From: Octopus sinensis | Lineage: Eukaryota | Reading direction: 5' to 3' | DNA: 64,000 nucleotides | Assembly: GCF_006345805.1 (NCBI RefSeq) | Contig: NC_043005.1 | Coordinates: forward strand, 8,866,001-8,930,000 | Shown: piece after piece, positions 1 through 14,250 of the stretch | Layout: every line of letters begins with the position of its first letter | Numbering within the stretch: the stretch's first letter is position 1 | Made by a program: the position numbers and the translations under genes | The notes under the pieces: model-generated | What the model was told of the DNA's origin: nothing | Databases searched by the model: none | What the model saw: the letters and a program-made list of their open reading frames with translations, nothing else

Positions 1-95
1 ATCATCATCATCATCATCATGATCACCATCATCATCATCATCATCATCATCATCATTATTATTATTATTATTATTATCATTATTATTATCATTTT

Positions 96-290
96 TGAAT
101 GCAGAGTTCAAAATGTTGGCCAAAATGTTAGCCACGTGTTTGGCGTCTGTCGTCGGAGATCTGGTAGGGAGGCACTGACATGTGCCATCCCGAAAAGATC
201 CAGCCATGACATTCCGCCCCTCTTGCGATGCATCATTAAGAAAATGGCCAAAGAATCTGGCACGGGCGGGGCCTGGAACAATTTTAACGG
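96..290 (+). mobile_element. Tx1/L1-clade LINE reverse transcriptase fragment, frameshifted
   Basis: Two frames give AEFKMLAKMLATCLASVVGDLVG then EALTCAIPKRSSHDIPPLLRCII, resembling the L1/Tx1 RT segment ..KILAK.LA.RL......Q.C.IPGRSI.DN. Confidence 0.65.
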
Positions 291-1194
291 AGCTGCAGTA
301 AAACAGAGACCGAGGGGAAGCATTTGGAAAGTGAAGTGTCTTCAAGCGCTCAGACAATCGGACAGTGCCATAGGTGGAACGTCCACTTTAACATGTTATG
401 GAGGATTAGCAGAGGCACGCGGCTTTGCCCAGGAATGAAATTGCTTCTTATAATATTGCTTTGTCTTGAATCTTTGAAAGATTTTCTTTTTCCTTTTTTC
501 ACACTTGGCTCCTGCGGATTGCATTTATTTTGTTGGCGTAATTGTCCTGACTGTTTCCCGCTGCCTTTTCTGACACATTGGCGCTGCGTGCAGCAGCTCT
601 CCTTCGGTCGTTTTCATGTCTTTACTGTCGTTGTGCAGGGGTCTCTAGTGACCATACTTTGGCTACCTGTACTCTTATCTTTGCTTCATTGTAGAATACT
701 GATCATCTACGTCTACCCCATCTCCTTTTGTAGAGAGTGACAACATTTTTCTCGGAAACTTTCTTGAAAATTAAAATGGGGATTAAATGAAACAAATGAG
801 TGACAGTCACGTGAATATCTTCGCGAGAGTGATTGAAATAAATAGCGATTTTGAAACGCCACACGCATACACATATATACGCGCACACACATATACGCAC
901 ACAAAGAACCATATGCATACAGTATCAAACATCAGCGTCTCTTTCTCACCCACTTCCCGCCATTTGTTCCGGCTTTCTTTCACCTTCACGTATAGAACAG
1001 ACATAGCATATCTAACATCAGCGTCTCTCTCATTCCCGCTATCTCTCTCTCTTTCCACTTCACTTGTAGAAGTTTGTTTCTCTCTCTCTTTCTTTCTCTC
1101 TTCTCTCTAACTTTTTCTCATTCTGTGTTTCTCTCGCTCACACATATTCTCTCTCACCGTCTGTAATAGTTCTTCATTCTTAGACTATATCTGT

Positions 1195-1228
<34 letters not shown>

Positions 1229-1452
1229 ATAAGTCACACGCACACTATTTTTATTTCTCCCTCTGTCAAACAACGTTGTGACGAATGAAGAGATGGAGGA
1301 GGAGAAGTAAAGAGCCACCTCCCCACTTTGCTTCTCCCTTTTATTATTTCTCCTCTCACACCCTCATTGGTATTATGCAAAGACATTCAAATACACAGAC
1401 ATCTGCTAATATATATATATGTGTGTATGAGTGTGTATGTGTGTGTATGTGT

Positions 1453-1722
1453 GAGGCGAAATATCCCAGTAGTTAGGGCAGCGGACTCGCGGTTTCGATT
1501 CCAAGACCAGGCGTGTGAGTGTTTATTAAGCGAAAACACATAAAGCTCCACGAGGCTCCGGCAGGGATTGGTGGCGATCCCTGCAGTACTCTTTCGCCTC
1601 AATTTTCTGTTTTTTTTTCTGTTGGCCTGCTCGCTTAGCGAGCGGGGTAGCGTCATTCCAAGGCTAAAATAATTCAAAGCGCATCGTGACCAGCGATGTG
1701 TAGCAACATCTCATAGTCACGG
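1453..1722 (+). mobile_element. SINE family A, variant 3' half
   Basis: Head gaggcgaaatatcccagtagttagggcagcggactcgcggtttcgattcc is homologous to the 18367 and 24043 copies. Confidence 0.8.
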
Positions 1723-1730
1723 TTATCATG

Positions 1731-1842
<112 letters not shown>

Positions 1843-1857
1843 TTAGTGGGGGAAAAG

Positions 1858-2430
1858 TACAACGACGTTCTTGGTGAAATCTTGGGCGTCGGAGAAGATC
1901 AGCTAGTCACTCTTTTTCCGGCGAAAACTTTCAAGCCGGGACCGATGGGTGATTTCCAAAAATCTCTGACCTGGCAATGCTACCGCGAAGCTTTGCCTGT
2001 TCGTGATAAACTTTACAGGCCCGGAAGTGCCCTCAGCCGAGCATGTCTGAAATGCACGCAAGACTACGAGACGGTTCTGCATGCACTCGTCCAGTACTCA
2101 GGCATTGCTGACCTGTAGGTTTATGGTGAACACCTGCTGTCACGTGTGGGACGGATCTGTCTGCCAAATGAATTTATCGTGAATATCGCCCTACCGCCTT
2201 TCTTTGATCAGGAAAAAAGGCTCTTTTTGTAAGCCTAGTGTCCATGGCGAAAGGGGCAGTATGGTGGACGATATCGAAGGGGCTGAAAACAAACACTTTA
2301 CTCTTTGGTCAATCCATGATGAACTTCAAATTTCTCTTGAAAAGGAAAATATGGGTAGAGAGGGAAGTGTTGTCTTCTAGCCGGTTTTCTGAAAGGTGGA
2401 TGAAAATGGTGAGAATGGTGCGAGTGAACG
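1858..2430 (+). mobile_element. Tx1/L1-clade LINE ORF2 C-terminus (zinc knuckle region), decayed
   Basis: WQCYREALPVRDKLYRPGSALSRACLKCTQDYETVLHAL is a CxxC-H knuckle; the frame continues past a TAG (2116) and a frameshift (~2220) into KRKIWVEREVLSSSRFSERW. Confidence 0.8.
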
Positions 2431-2602
2431 GGCCTGTGGTTGGAAAAAAAAGGAAAGGAGGAAAGGCACCTGTCACAAAGTGCCCCAGGAATCGTGAAAG
2501 ATAAAGACTATCTTGGTGGAATTTGAACGCAGAATGTAAAAACGAACGAAGTATCGCCTAACATCTTGCCCAGTGTACCGAGGCTTCTGAAATCACACAG
2601 CC

Positions 2603-2603
2603 C

Positions 2604-2637
<34 letters not shown>

Positions 2638-2643
2638 ATGATG

Positions 2644-2675
<32 letters not shown>

Positions 2676-2688
2676 GATGATGATGATG

Positions 2689-2749
<61 letters not shown>

Positions 2750-2755
2750 TAATAA
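2603..2755. repeat. (GAT)n-(AAT)n microsatellite
   Basis: Seen directly. Confidence 0.95.
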
Positions 2756-3297
2756 TGTCCTGATGCAGTACCAAGCAGTGGCTCTCATGGTTTCTCATCT
2801 TAACTGATTGGAGGTGATTTTATGTACATTGTTTTGTCTTGGTATGAAAGATGGGCTACAGCAAGTATTCTACTCAGTAGCACAGATTTGCTTGTCAGTT
2901 GTCTCACCTTAGCCATTTGAGCATGTCCCTTATTGGCTGACGATATCTGCATCTCTGATCTCGGGCAGAAGTACTGGGAAAGCATCACAACCATGTGTTA
3001 AGAGGAATTCTTTGGGGTTTGGATGACTCACCTTTGGAAACAGGTATTTCGTTCAACATCCTTAAACACCTCTTATTCAGGGACCTCTTGAGCAGGATGT
3101 GCTTCTCAGCCTCAAGAATATTCTAACGGGGCCCCACCTGAAAGATCATGCGCTGTTTATCTTGATATGAGATCACTATGTCACGCAAATATGGTTGTGA
3201 TGCAGGTGCCATGTGTACCATTATCAGAGGGGTAGTCATGCTGGGTTTACTGGGCTTCATATATTTTACCCCATGGCATGAACTACTCTCTCACTCA
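2756..3297. repeat. ~545-bp AAT-flanked non-coding dispersed repeat (family X), copy 1
   Basis: Homologous along its length to 54491-55046 and 55087-55618; (AAT)n on both sides. Confidence 0.85.
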
Positions 3298-3306
3298 ATA
3301 ATAATA

Positions 3307-3360
<54 letters not shown>

Positions 3361-4643
3361 TAAGTTAGTGTGTAGGGTGCGATATTCGATTATTTCCTTT
3401 CCACTACGCGACTAGTATATCATTTACCGACTATGAAAGTTGACCTCGGTGAGATTTCTACTCAGTTTGTAAAGAGCCAAAAGAAACATAGCAAGGCTGT
3501 TTTCCGATTTTGTAACAAGCTTTCTTTGGTAACTTAGGCACAATGCTAGCAATCTGAGATTGTGATTAATCGATACCATAGAATTTGGTAATTTCCTTTA
3601 CCGACCTTGGAAGAATGGAAAGCATATTTAATTAAGGGGAGGTTTGAACTGAGAACGCAAAGTGTCGAAAAAATACTACGAGAAGTTCTGTCCGACGCTC
3701 TAACAATTCTGCATTCGCTCGATTATGCAGAGAAATCCCGGAATAAAGAATTCGGGCAACAGGAAAAAAGAATTCTAATTTATACACATATAAAGTATAT
3801 ACAAAATGTTCTTGGACAAAGTGAAATATAAATAAACAACAATGATAAAAATCCCAGAGAACGAAAATAAAGAAAAGCTTAGATTGAAGAAAGAAAAAAC
3901 TAGAGAAAAAAAACTTTAACAACGCAACACTTTCACTACTACTACCACCATCAAACCAACAAATGCTCACTACCATCACCGCCCCCACAACCTCCTCCTC
4001 CACCACCACCATCATTACTACTACCACCACCGGCCTAAATCTCCACCAGTGTCATTCTCTCAGTCACACACTATTTTCGCTACACAAATAAATAGAGTAA
4101 AAGTTAGAGGTTCCTCATCGCCATCATCAGAATTAGAGTCAGCAGGAGCCATAGGAGCAGCAGCTGTAGCAGTAGAAGCAGCAGCAGCAGCAGCAACTGC
4201 AACGGTAACAACAATCGGCGTGTTTCATAAAGCCATAACCCAATAACTAAATGTATAAAATGAATAAATATATAGATAAATAAATAATGAATCCATAAAA
4301 AGAAATGGAAGGTCCGATATTGGTGCAATAATAAAAGATGCGTCGTTGATGAGATTAAGTGAAAACCACGGTATCGTAACTTGATTAACAATCTAAAGGA
4401 GAGAGAACTAACGTGAACGTAATGTATAGGAAAAAAATGAAGTCAGAATGTTGCGATGGTAAACTGTGATAGTGTGAACAACTTTCTTTGGTCCTTCTCG
4501 TTCTATATACACATACACAGATATGAGCACACACTAACAACACACACATATATACACACTCACTCGCATGCACACAAGCATACATAGTGCGCACCGATGA
4601 AATCACACACACATACACATATACGTACATATATACACACATA

Positions 4644-5024
4644 TCTTTATATATAAATGTGAGGTTGTGTGCTGCCTGTCTCCTACGATTTAGATTCCTA
4701 ACTACTCCCACATTTTGCGGTGCAGTTTAACCAAAACCGGGTATCATGTGGTCGTGATTCTGGGTATTAGCGCGCGTCTAAGATGAATCTACGATTTAAA
4801 AAAAATTTACCATCAATTTTTCCCATTTTCAATGCATTTTTGGCATATATAAGGGAAGTAACTCTCTAAAAATTTATTATTAAATCTCAGAACGTAAAAA
4901 GCTACAGTAACCCTCCCCCCTTGTTGTTAGCCATATTGAGATGGCTATTATACTTTACATCTCTAAAAATGCTTATATAGTTATTTCCCTTACAAACCCG
5001 AGCAATGCCGGGCGATACTGCTAG
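4644..5024 (+). mobile_element. Non-autonomous Helitron
   Basis: 5' TC, 3' hairpin CCCGagcaatgcCGGG then CTAG, sits between A and T, no TSD; second copy at 57520-57917. Confidence 0.8.
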
Positions 5025-5347
5025 TCACTATGTACTTGTGCCATTTTAGGCTTGTAAAACTTCAGTTCTATACTCGGTAGAATTCATTCGCGAAAAAGAT
5101 TACTGACTTACTTAAATATCTTTAAATACGCTTTTAAATAAATTTCTTTGGAGACCGCTACTGTTCAAACGTCCACGAAAATTATGTATACTAATTGTGG
5201 TACCACTCGGATTTCCAGAAAGATACTTTGCAGTTGATTTAAAGCCGGAACCACGGCAGTTATATGAGATCACGATTTATCCTCAGAAAGTACTTTAGGT
5301 CTATAATCCATTTTATAATCGAGTGTCTTTAGATATTTCTCCATCAA

Positions 5348-5752
5348 AGTGGCTGTATGGTAAGTAGCTTGCTTACGAACCACATGGTTCCGGGTTCAGT
5401 CCCACTGCGTGACACCTTGGGCAAGTGTCTTCTACTGTAGCCTCGGGTCGACCAAAGCTCTGTGAGTGGATTTAGTAGACGGAAACTGAAAGAGACCCGT
5501 CGTATATATGTATATGTATATATACATATATATGTAAGTGTGTTTGTGTGTCTGTGTTTGTCCCCCCAACATCACTTGACAACCATGCTGGTGTGTTTAC
5601 GTCCCCGTAACTTAGCGGTTCGGCAAAAGAGACCGATAGAATAAGTAGTAGGCTTACAAAGAATAAGTCCTGGGGTCGATTTGCTCGACTACAGGCAGTG
5701 CTCCAGCATGGTTGCAGTCAAATGATTGAAACAAGTAAAAGAGAGCAAAGAG
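5348..5752 (+). mobile_element. SINE family B
   Basis: tRNA-like head gtggctgtatggtaag...ggttcagtccc, internal microsatellite, tail gaaacaagtaaaagag; about 10 copies in the window. Confidence 0.9.
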
Positions 5753-5965
5753 ATAGAGAGAATCACTCATGAAATAGAAATAATAATCACATTAAGTAAA
5801 GATATAGTTTACGAATACGCACGTTGACATTGTTTGCCTTTAATGTCGTGTTTGGATGGTATTGGTATGTCTTCATTGGTAAAGGGACGTAGCTGAGTAG
5901 CAAAAATAATTTTTACGCTTATAAAGGCCTAAACAACCCCGCTCCGTTATTTCCCTATATTAGTA

Positions 5966-6345
5966 GGAGCACTCCGTCGGTTACGACGATGAGGGTCCCA
6001 GCTGATACGATCAACGGAACAGTTTGCTCGTGGAATTAACGTGCAAGTGGCTGAGCATTCCATAGACACGTGTACCCTTAACGTAGTTCTCGAGGAGATT
6101 CAGCGTGACACAGAGTGTGACAAGGCTGGCCCTTTGAAATACAGGTACAACAGAGACAGGAAGAAAGAGTGTGAGACAGTTGTGGTGAAAGAGTACAGCA
6201 GGGTTCACCACCATCCCCTGCCGGAGCCTCGTGGAGCTTTAGGTGTTTTCGCTCAATAAACACTCACAATGCCCGATCTGGGAATCGAAACCGCGATCCT
6301 ACGACCGCGAGTCCGCTGCCCTAACCACAGGGCCATTGCGCCTCC
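5966..6345 (-). mobile_element. SINE family A
   Basis: Reverse complement of the 24043-24425 copy. Confidence 0.9.
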
Positions 6346-6428
6346 ACTTCCCCATATTAAAAGCTACCATGTAGCCATCTCAGTAATGCTTTCAAAATAT
6401 ATCAAGATATATCAAACATATAAATATA

Positions 6429-6790
6429 GGCGTAGGAGTGGCTGTGTGGTAAGTAGTTTGCTTACCAATCACATGGTTTGGGGTTCAATCCCACTGTGTG
6501 GCACCTTGGGCGAGTGTCGTCTACTATAGCCTCGGGCCGACCAAAGCCTTGTGAGTGGATTTAATAGACGGAAACTGAAAGAAGCCCGTCGTATATATGT
6601 ATATATATGTTTGTGTATCTGTATTTGTCTCCCTAACATCGCTTGATAACCGATGCTGGTGTGTTTAGAAACCCTATCCCTAACCCTAACCCGTAAAAAG
6701 CGCGATAGAATAAGTACTTACAAATAATAAGTACTGGGATGGATTTGCTCGACTAAAGGCTGCAGTCAAATGACTGAAACAAGTAAAAGA
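6429..6790 (+). mobile_element. SINE family B
   Basis: Full head and tail; short ccctaa run inside. Confidence 0.9.
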
Positions 6791-7186
6791 ATATGGATGA
6801 CAAAATTGCAATTAGTAAAACGTAAAGAGAAGTTGATACGCTGAGTTTGCGATCCTCAAGTTTAGGACATTACTGTCACTTTCGTCAACCAAAATATATC
6901 ATTTGTTTGGAACCCAGAAATTCGCCCCACCTCCCACTTTTTTCTGGAGTCGTGCTGTGACTACCTTGTTTGGCATAGGGTTGAAATATTTTGCCTTATT
7001 CTTGATGCTATTGCTTTAGAGTTCACTTAGTGTTCATGCATGTAAAGCTACAAAAACATCACCAAAAAATCCTGTTACTCAATGACAGCTTTAATGAAAA
7101 GGCTTTAATAAAAAAAAGCATATTACTCTACCTTCGGTATTCGAGTAATATCCTCTCCACCTTGTTTTACATTTCTGTGCTTATAT

Positions 7187-7245
<59 letters not shown>

Positions 7246-7336
7246 ATATTTGTACAAACAATTATATGCATATAATATATATATACATACATATATATAT
7301 TTGTACACACCATTATATCATTATATATTTATATAT

Positions 7337-7425
7337 CTTGGGCAAGTGTCTTTTGCTATAGCCCCGGGCCGACCAATGCCTTGTGAGTGGATTTGGTAGA
7401 CGGAACCTGAAAGAAGCCTGTTGTA
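7337..7425 (+). mobile_element. SINE family B fragment
   Basis: cttgggcaagtgtc...gaaagaagcctg segment. Confidence 0.8.
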
Positions 7426-7426
7426 C

Positions 7427-7512
<86 letters not shown>

Positions 7513-8068
7513 GCATGTATGCATGTATATTTTAGCAAAATCAATAAAATGGGTACAGTGAACATGCCGTGAAGAGTGGAATATAAAACCATTAGGATGC
7601 AGTCTTAATTCAGTGAAAAGTTAAAAGTAGAATAATTAATGGTGCACAGCAGGGTTTTACATCTAAGTAAAAAGAGAAAAGGGAAGGGCAACTGATAGGA
7701 AGCGCGGCACCACGGGGGCTGCAAGCGTGAACAAGAAATGTTGGAAAAGTTATGCAGAAGGAGGGAAAAGAAATGGAATGAGGAGAAACGGTCAAAATAT
7801 GGAGTGAGGTGAAGGGAAAATACGAGGAGAGAAGGGAGTTGAAGGATTGGAAAGGGTTTAAGGAATTGAGAAGCGGTGTAGGAGTAGGTGAGACGTTAAT
7901 TTATACCTCTTGGTGACAAAGTGCCAAGTTCGAATACGAAACGGTGTTCTAATCATTTCATTAGAGTCTGTTTGATCATACAGCCGCTTCCGCGTACACA
8001 CAGGCTCGATGAGACACACGCAAACACATCTATATACCTATGGATATACATACATGAGTGTATATATA

Positions 8069-8102
<34 letters not shown>

Positions 8103-8183
8103 CAAATATATATTCTCTTTAAAAACATATACATACACATATTCTTTATATACATTCTATGTTTATTTGCTTCTTTACACATA

Positions 8184-8604
8184 CTCTTTTCTCTTTTACT
8201 CTTTTACTTGTTTCAGTCATTTGACTGTGGCCATGCTGGAGCACCGCCTTTAGTCGAGCAACTCGACCCCGGCACTTATTCTTTTTGTAAGTCTAGTACT
8301 TATTCTATCGGTCTCTTTTTGCCGACCCGGTAGGTGACGGGGACGTAAACACACCAGCATCGGTTGTCAAGCAATGCTAGAGGGACAAACACAGACACAC
8401 AAACATATACACACACATACACATATATATATACATATATACAACAGGCTTCTTTCAGTTTCCGTCTACCAAATCCACTCAGAAGGCATTGGTCGGCCCG
8501 GGGCTATAGCAGAAGACACTTGCCCAAGATGCCACGCAGTGGGACTGAACCCGGAACCATGTGGTTGGTTAGCAAGATACTTACCACACAGCCACTCCTG
8601 CGCC
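8184..8604 (-). mobile_element. SINE family B
   Basis: Reverse complement of the 58630 copy. Confidence 0.9.
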
Positions 8605-8682
8605 TTATATATATATATATATATAATATATATATAATATATATATATATTATATATATATATATATATATATTATAATATA

Positions 8683-8784
<102 letters not shown>

Positions 8785-9240
8785 CAAATATATATTCTCT
8801 TTAAAAACATATACATACACATATTCTTTACATACATTCTATATTTATTTGCTTCTTGTACACATGTATACGTAGTTTTTAATTATGTATCTATTTAGCT
8901 AACAATGTGCCTATACACCTACATATTTCCTTACTTACCAGTATATCTATAATTTTAACAAAACTTTCACCAGCCAACTAAGAGTACTTTCATATGACTA
9001 AGGAACTTACCACAAACTGTTTAGTTATTAATCGACCTACTACTAAATTACACGCTCTTTCACTTCTTGTGTTAAGCTGCTTTGCTACTAAAAGTGTTAT
9101 ATATGGACGTACGCATAGTTTTAAGTATAACCAGAGTATTCCATTGGACAACCAGTTTAGAAGGACATAACGCAGCTTGTTAAGGATTCAGCTTGGTGGC
9201 TAACGTAATATTTTGTTCTCCCAGACTCTATTGGTCATCA

Positions 9241-9296
9241 TAATATTTCCGTTGTCATCACAATATTTCCGTTGTCATCACAATATTTCCGTTGTC
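9241..9296. repeat. 20-bp minisatellite x~3
   Basis: caatatttccgttgtcatca repeated. Confidence 0.9.
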
Positions 9297-11334
9297 GATT
9301 TGCGTATTAATTATATCGTTTATTGACAAGATGCTGATTGTATATTAACCCAAATACATGGTGATGTCTACAGATTGGGGGGGGGGGAGGGAAGACGTTA
9401 ATTAAAATGAAAGGCGAGTCTTAGCATCATGAGTCATAAACTCAGTTTTATTTATGACGATGGTTAGGGCAAATCTACATACGTTGGTCTATTTATCCAT
9501 AGTTCATTAGAGGCCGTGATAGATGTATCCAACAAGAGTTAGTTCGTCTATAGATGTTATTTCTCAAAAAGGACGTGCCACTTCAGTGTTGGCATGCTGG
9601 TGAACGAAGCTGTAATATTTACCAGCCTTTCGGATGAGTGTGGAGCAGGTACTCTAGCAGTGAAAGTGATCCACTAAAATAATTATGTACTAGACTGTGT
9701 AAACGCTTACATTTAAACGTTAAAGAAGTGAAAGCTCGTAGATAAGATGTTCGTGTGTTTACTTTACCAACATGGTCATAGTTTTCTTTCTCAGAAAGGA
9801 TGTATCCTTGACCACACCAGATCATTTTACGTTGCTGCAGTCTTCTTAGATTGAATTCTGCATCCACCTCTCCTCAAGCTCTCACATCCACGATATTCCT
9901 GTTTAAGTACCGAAAGAATCTATCTGTCAGGTCTCGAATACCTAGGAACCTAAACCAATTAGCTAAGAAAACAGGTTACTTGCAACCAAGTGATAAGCTC
10001 TAGAGTGTAATGGCTATGTCTTTTTTTAAATATACTGTACTAATTCGAACCCTAACAGCTAGATATTCGGTTAGGCACCATGAATGAGCCATCACAGTTT
10101 TTCATGTATCAAATTAGCATGAGGCTGTGGCGTGATATGACTTCTTGATGATCTAGAATTTAGCATCTTTTCACCTCATAAAAATCGTTTGGCTCCTAAC
10201 TTAGAAGGCAGACGACTTTCGGCATTCGAGCAGACAAATTGGGACATTTGCGCAAACAACATTGGTTTTTCGGACAGACCAATTCTGAACGTTCATACGA
10301 TGTCCTATAAGTATTTTCTACAGACACACCACAGTTTTTCTCTCGTCCCAGACGGCAATTGTATTATTAATATATTTCATTGTAAATAACCAACTCAACA
10401 CATAATATCATGTCTGGCAATAAATATTAAAATTAAAGGTTCATGAATTTGCTTTACTTATTAGTCACGCAGCGACAAACGTTTTCAGATGGCTACAACC
10501 CGCGACAACAATTGTAATAAAGTCATCCATTGCGACAATAGCGAACCAAACGTTCACAATATATCATCATTAACTAGCTAGATACGAGCAACTAAACAAC
10601 TTTCAACACAGACAGGTGAACATATAAATATGAATATATAAATATAAGAGAAATAAGTAGTCACTTGAATTTCTAGGAACGAGAGCAAATTTTTTCCTTC
10701 AAATCACATCTCACATCTGTTCAACAAAGAATGGAAATAATTGGATAATGACGCCTCATAGATGGAATAGTGATGATTAGGATGTTTAATGGTCATGTCT
10801 TTGCACAGTCAGAATTCTCTGGGGCGGAACAACAATCAGTAGTAGCGTATAATAAAACATGTTCATTCAATCATATGCACATGTATTATCAGCTCACCTT
10901 CAAATTTAGAATTTTGTATAGTCTGTTTCTCCAACCAATAAATATACGTTTACGACTGTAACCATACATAGCAAAGGCAGTATGGCAGCTATATATCTAA
11001 TGTAAAATATAAGGGGACCTCTACGTGGTCACTCGATATACCAAAAAGTATAGCCGAACTTCCCTCACGATGTACCCTACCATCTTTAATAACAAAATGA
11101 TACGTTTCATAATATAGTCCTAGTCAATCCTTCTCTACAAAGACTGGACTATCATAACTGAGATACTTTTGACCATATGTTTGATAGGCTCGGCTGAAAA
11201 ACAATATCTGCTTAATATTTAAAATCAATCTTGAACTCTACACAATATTTCAATAAAAATATTGTAGACGCAATAATAATACTAAACAGAACACATATAG
11301 TAAATCTCATTTGTAAGATGAGTTATGGTTATAG

Positions 11335-11905
11335 ATTACAAATATGTTGGGTCATACATATCATCATCTGGAAAAGACTTTCTAACTAGAAAAGGTATGG
11401 CCTGGTCAGCCTGTAATGACATGCATAAGATCTGGTCATCAAATCTAAGTAGAGACTTCAAACTTGAAATCTTCAAAGCCACAGTCGAACCAATTCTACT
11501 ATATGGCTCAGAAACCTGGACGTTATCAAAGAAGCTTGAGAGGCGGTTGGATGGAACCTACACTCGCCTCCTTATGAAAACTCAAAATCTCTCGTGGAAG
11601 CGCCATCCAACCAAAATGCAAATATATGGGAAACTACCACCTGTGTCATCTCTTGTGAAAGGTAGGAGAGTCCAGTTTGCTGGACATTGTTGTAGAGCTG
11701 AAAAAGAGATAATTTCTACTCTTCTCCTCTGGAAGCCATCTACTCGCAATACCAGAGTGCGCACACTCTCCTACCCTGATGTAATCTCCAGGGATACAGG
11801 CATCCAGCAACAGGACCTCCGTAATGCCATGATGGACCGTGAAGTCTGGCGTAGCATGGTAAATTGCATTGTTTCGACCACGGTCGAACAATGATCATGA
11901 TGATG
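11335..11905 (+). mobile_element. 5'-truncated RTE-clade LINE with intact C-terminal frame and 10-bp TSD
   Basis: YKYVGSYI...LLYGSETWTL...RRVQFAGHC...DREVWRSMV; (TGA)n tail; ATGGTTATAG at 11325-11334 and 11906-11915. Confidence 0.92.
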
Positions 11906-12401
11906 ATGGTTATAGTTTCTCTTCAAAATATTCCACTCTAAACAACACACACACACACACACTTTAAACTTCCTTTTGTCAGTTCCCACATTTCTCCGAC
12001 GATTCTTAGTGTGACTCTCAGGAATTGCTATATTCTAACACCTACACTTCGTTGATAACCTATCTTTTATTATGCATTTGTTCTGTAGTAGGTTAGCCTT
12101 GGCAGCTTGGTGAGAATTTCTAGAATTTCTAGATTATGTTGCTGATAATTTTTCGACAGCAGCGATATCAATTCTCCACACGGAGCTCCAGGAAAACTCG
12201 CCGTTTTCATTTTTCCACGTCGTCCTATTATTCACTTATTCCAATACCATCGCACACATTAGAAATAACACGGACTCAATGCAAAGAACAAGAGTATGAT
12301 TTCTATCAACATCACTATGAACAGCATTGTGCCCATCAATAATACCATCACAACCACTAAAACAATCAACATCATAATTATACACCGACATTTAATACTT
12401 C

Positions 12402-12668
12402 TACTCTCTTTTACTCTCTTTTACTTGTTTCAGTCATTTGACTGTGGCCATGTTGGAGCACCGCTTTTAGTCGAACAAATCGACTCCCAGGACTTATTCT
12501 TTGTAAGCCTAGTACTTATTCTATCGGTCTCTTCAGCTGAAACGCTAAGTTACGGGAACGTAGATACACCAGCATCGGTTGTCAAGCGATATTGGGGTGT
12601 CAAACACAGACAAACAAACATATACACGCACATACATACATACATACATACATACATACATACATACA

Positions 12669-12702
<34 letters not shown>

Positions 12703-12893
12703 CATACATACATACATATGTATATATATATATGTATATATATGTATATATATATATACATATATATATGTATTAACGCTCGAAAAGTTAAACCCTCCTT
12801 CTTTCCTTCTTTCCTGAGCGTCCAATAATACTATAGTTGTTCCACATCCTCGCGTTGTTGTGTTTTTTTGAGTTTTCTTGTTTGGATGAACTT

Positions 12894-12944
<51 letters not shown>

Positions 12945-13104
12945 GACGGGCTTCTTTCAGTCTCGGTAAACCAAATCCACTCACAAGGCTTTGGTCGGCC
13001 CGAGGCTACAGTAGAAGACACTTGCCCAAGGTACCACGCAGTGGGACTGAACCCGGAACCATGTGGTTCGTAAGCAAGCTACTTACCACACAGCCACTCC
13101 TACA
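12402..13104 (-). mobile_element. SINE family B with internal insertion
   Basis: Both halves present; expanded (CATA)n and a ~130-bp foreign segment at 12770-12900. Confidence 0.88.
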
Positions 13105-13587
13105 CTTACTGTCGAATTTATTGATAACATCTTCGCAACATGACCAACTCATCAACAAAGTAAAAAAAAACAAAACAAATTTCATGAAAGTTTCTATCCA
13201 ACGAGAAAGTTTCCTCACTTGATCTGATAGGCATAGAATCCCAGTTTGTCCGAAATAACACGTGGGAAGTTCAGTAGAATATGAAGAACAACAGTCCCTG
13301 ATATAGATACATACTTGTTGGTAGGTCCAAACGGCCTTAGTCAAAACAATTATTGTGATTACCATAATCACTTTAATTAAACTAAGAACACTTACAGTGT
13401 AGCGGGCATCGAGAGCACCACAAGACTGCTACAATATCCGTTGATAACACCCCCAGGGGCCTCGTGGATTCTGACCAGACCTACAACTTGACAATAGCTA
13501 TTAACTCGAATAAAACCCTTCCATGAACAACGGCAAATCAAATTTACAAACCTATCGGCTACATAATTATCAGGACTACTACTGCTG

Positions 13588-13623
<36 letters not shown>

Positions 13624-14217
13624 TACTACTACTATTACTACTACAGTTGCTGCTGTTGCTGCTGTTGCGGCTGTTGCTGTTGCAACTCTTGCTGTCAATG
13701 CAAAAAACCGGCGCCATTACGCCAGGAAAACCACTGCCGCCACCACCGAACCAATACCAGCGTCGCTGCCACTACCCACTACTGCCAACTCTAACACTAT
13801 TGCCAACACCATCTTTGTCGATAAAGTCGTTATTATCTACATGTGATATATATTTATTTATTTTTTTTTTTTTCGTATTTCTCCAACGTACCTCATTGTA
13901 ACAAAAATATTATTCCCTTGTCACTAATAGAACTTCAGTCATACTAAAATTGATATTCCCTACTAACAACATTGTTGTGTGTATATAAAGCTGTACGCAT
14001 GTGTGTTTGTGTTTTATTATGAATACATGCGCTTGTGTATGCAAAAGTAAGAAATAGGGAAGGAATAAAATAAGAGAGAATGAGAGAGAGAGAAGGAGAA
14101 AGAGAGAGAGAAAAGGAGAAAGAGAGAGAGAGAGAGAGATTGTGTAAAAAAAGAGCGAGAAAATAATTTAGAGAGACAGAGAAGAGAGAAATATGTGTGG
14201 GTGTGCGTGTGTGTGCG

Positions 14218-14250
<33 letters not shown>

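Noticed and set aside
2935-2990. CTGACGA in repeat family X
   Set aside because: No downstream GAAA or stem III in any of the three copies
9619-9867. 82-aa minus-strand ORF
   Set aside because: No recognisable homology or clear splice context
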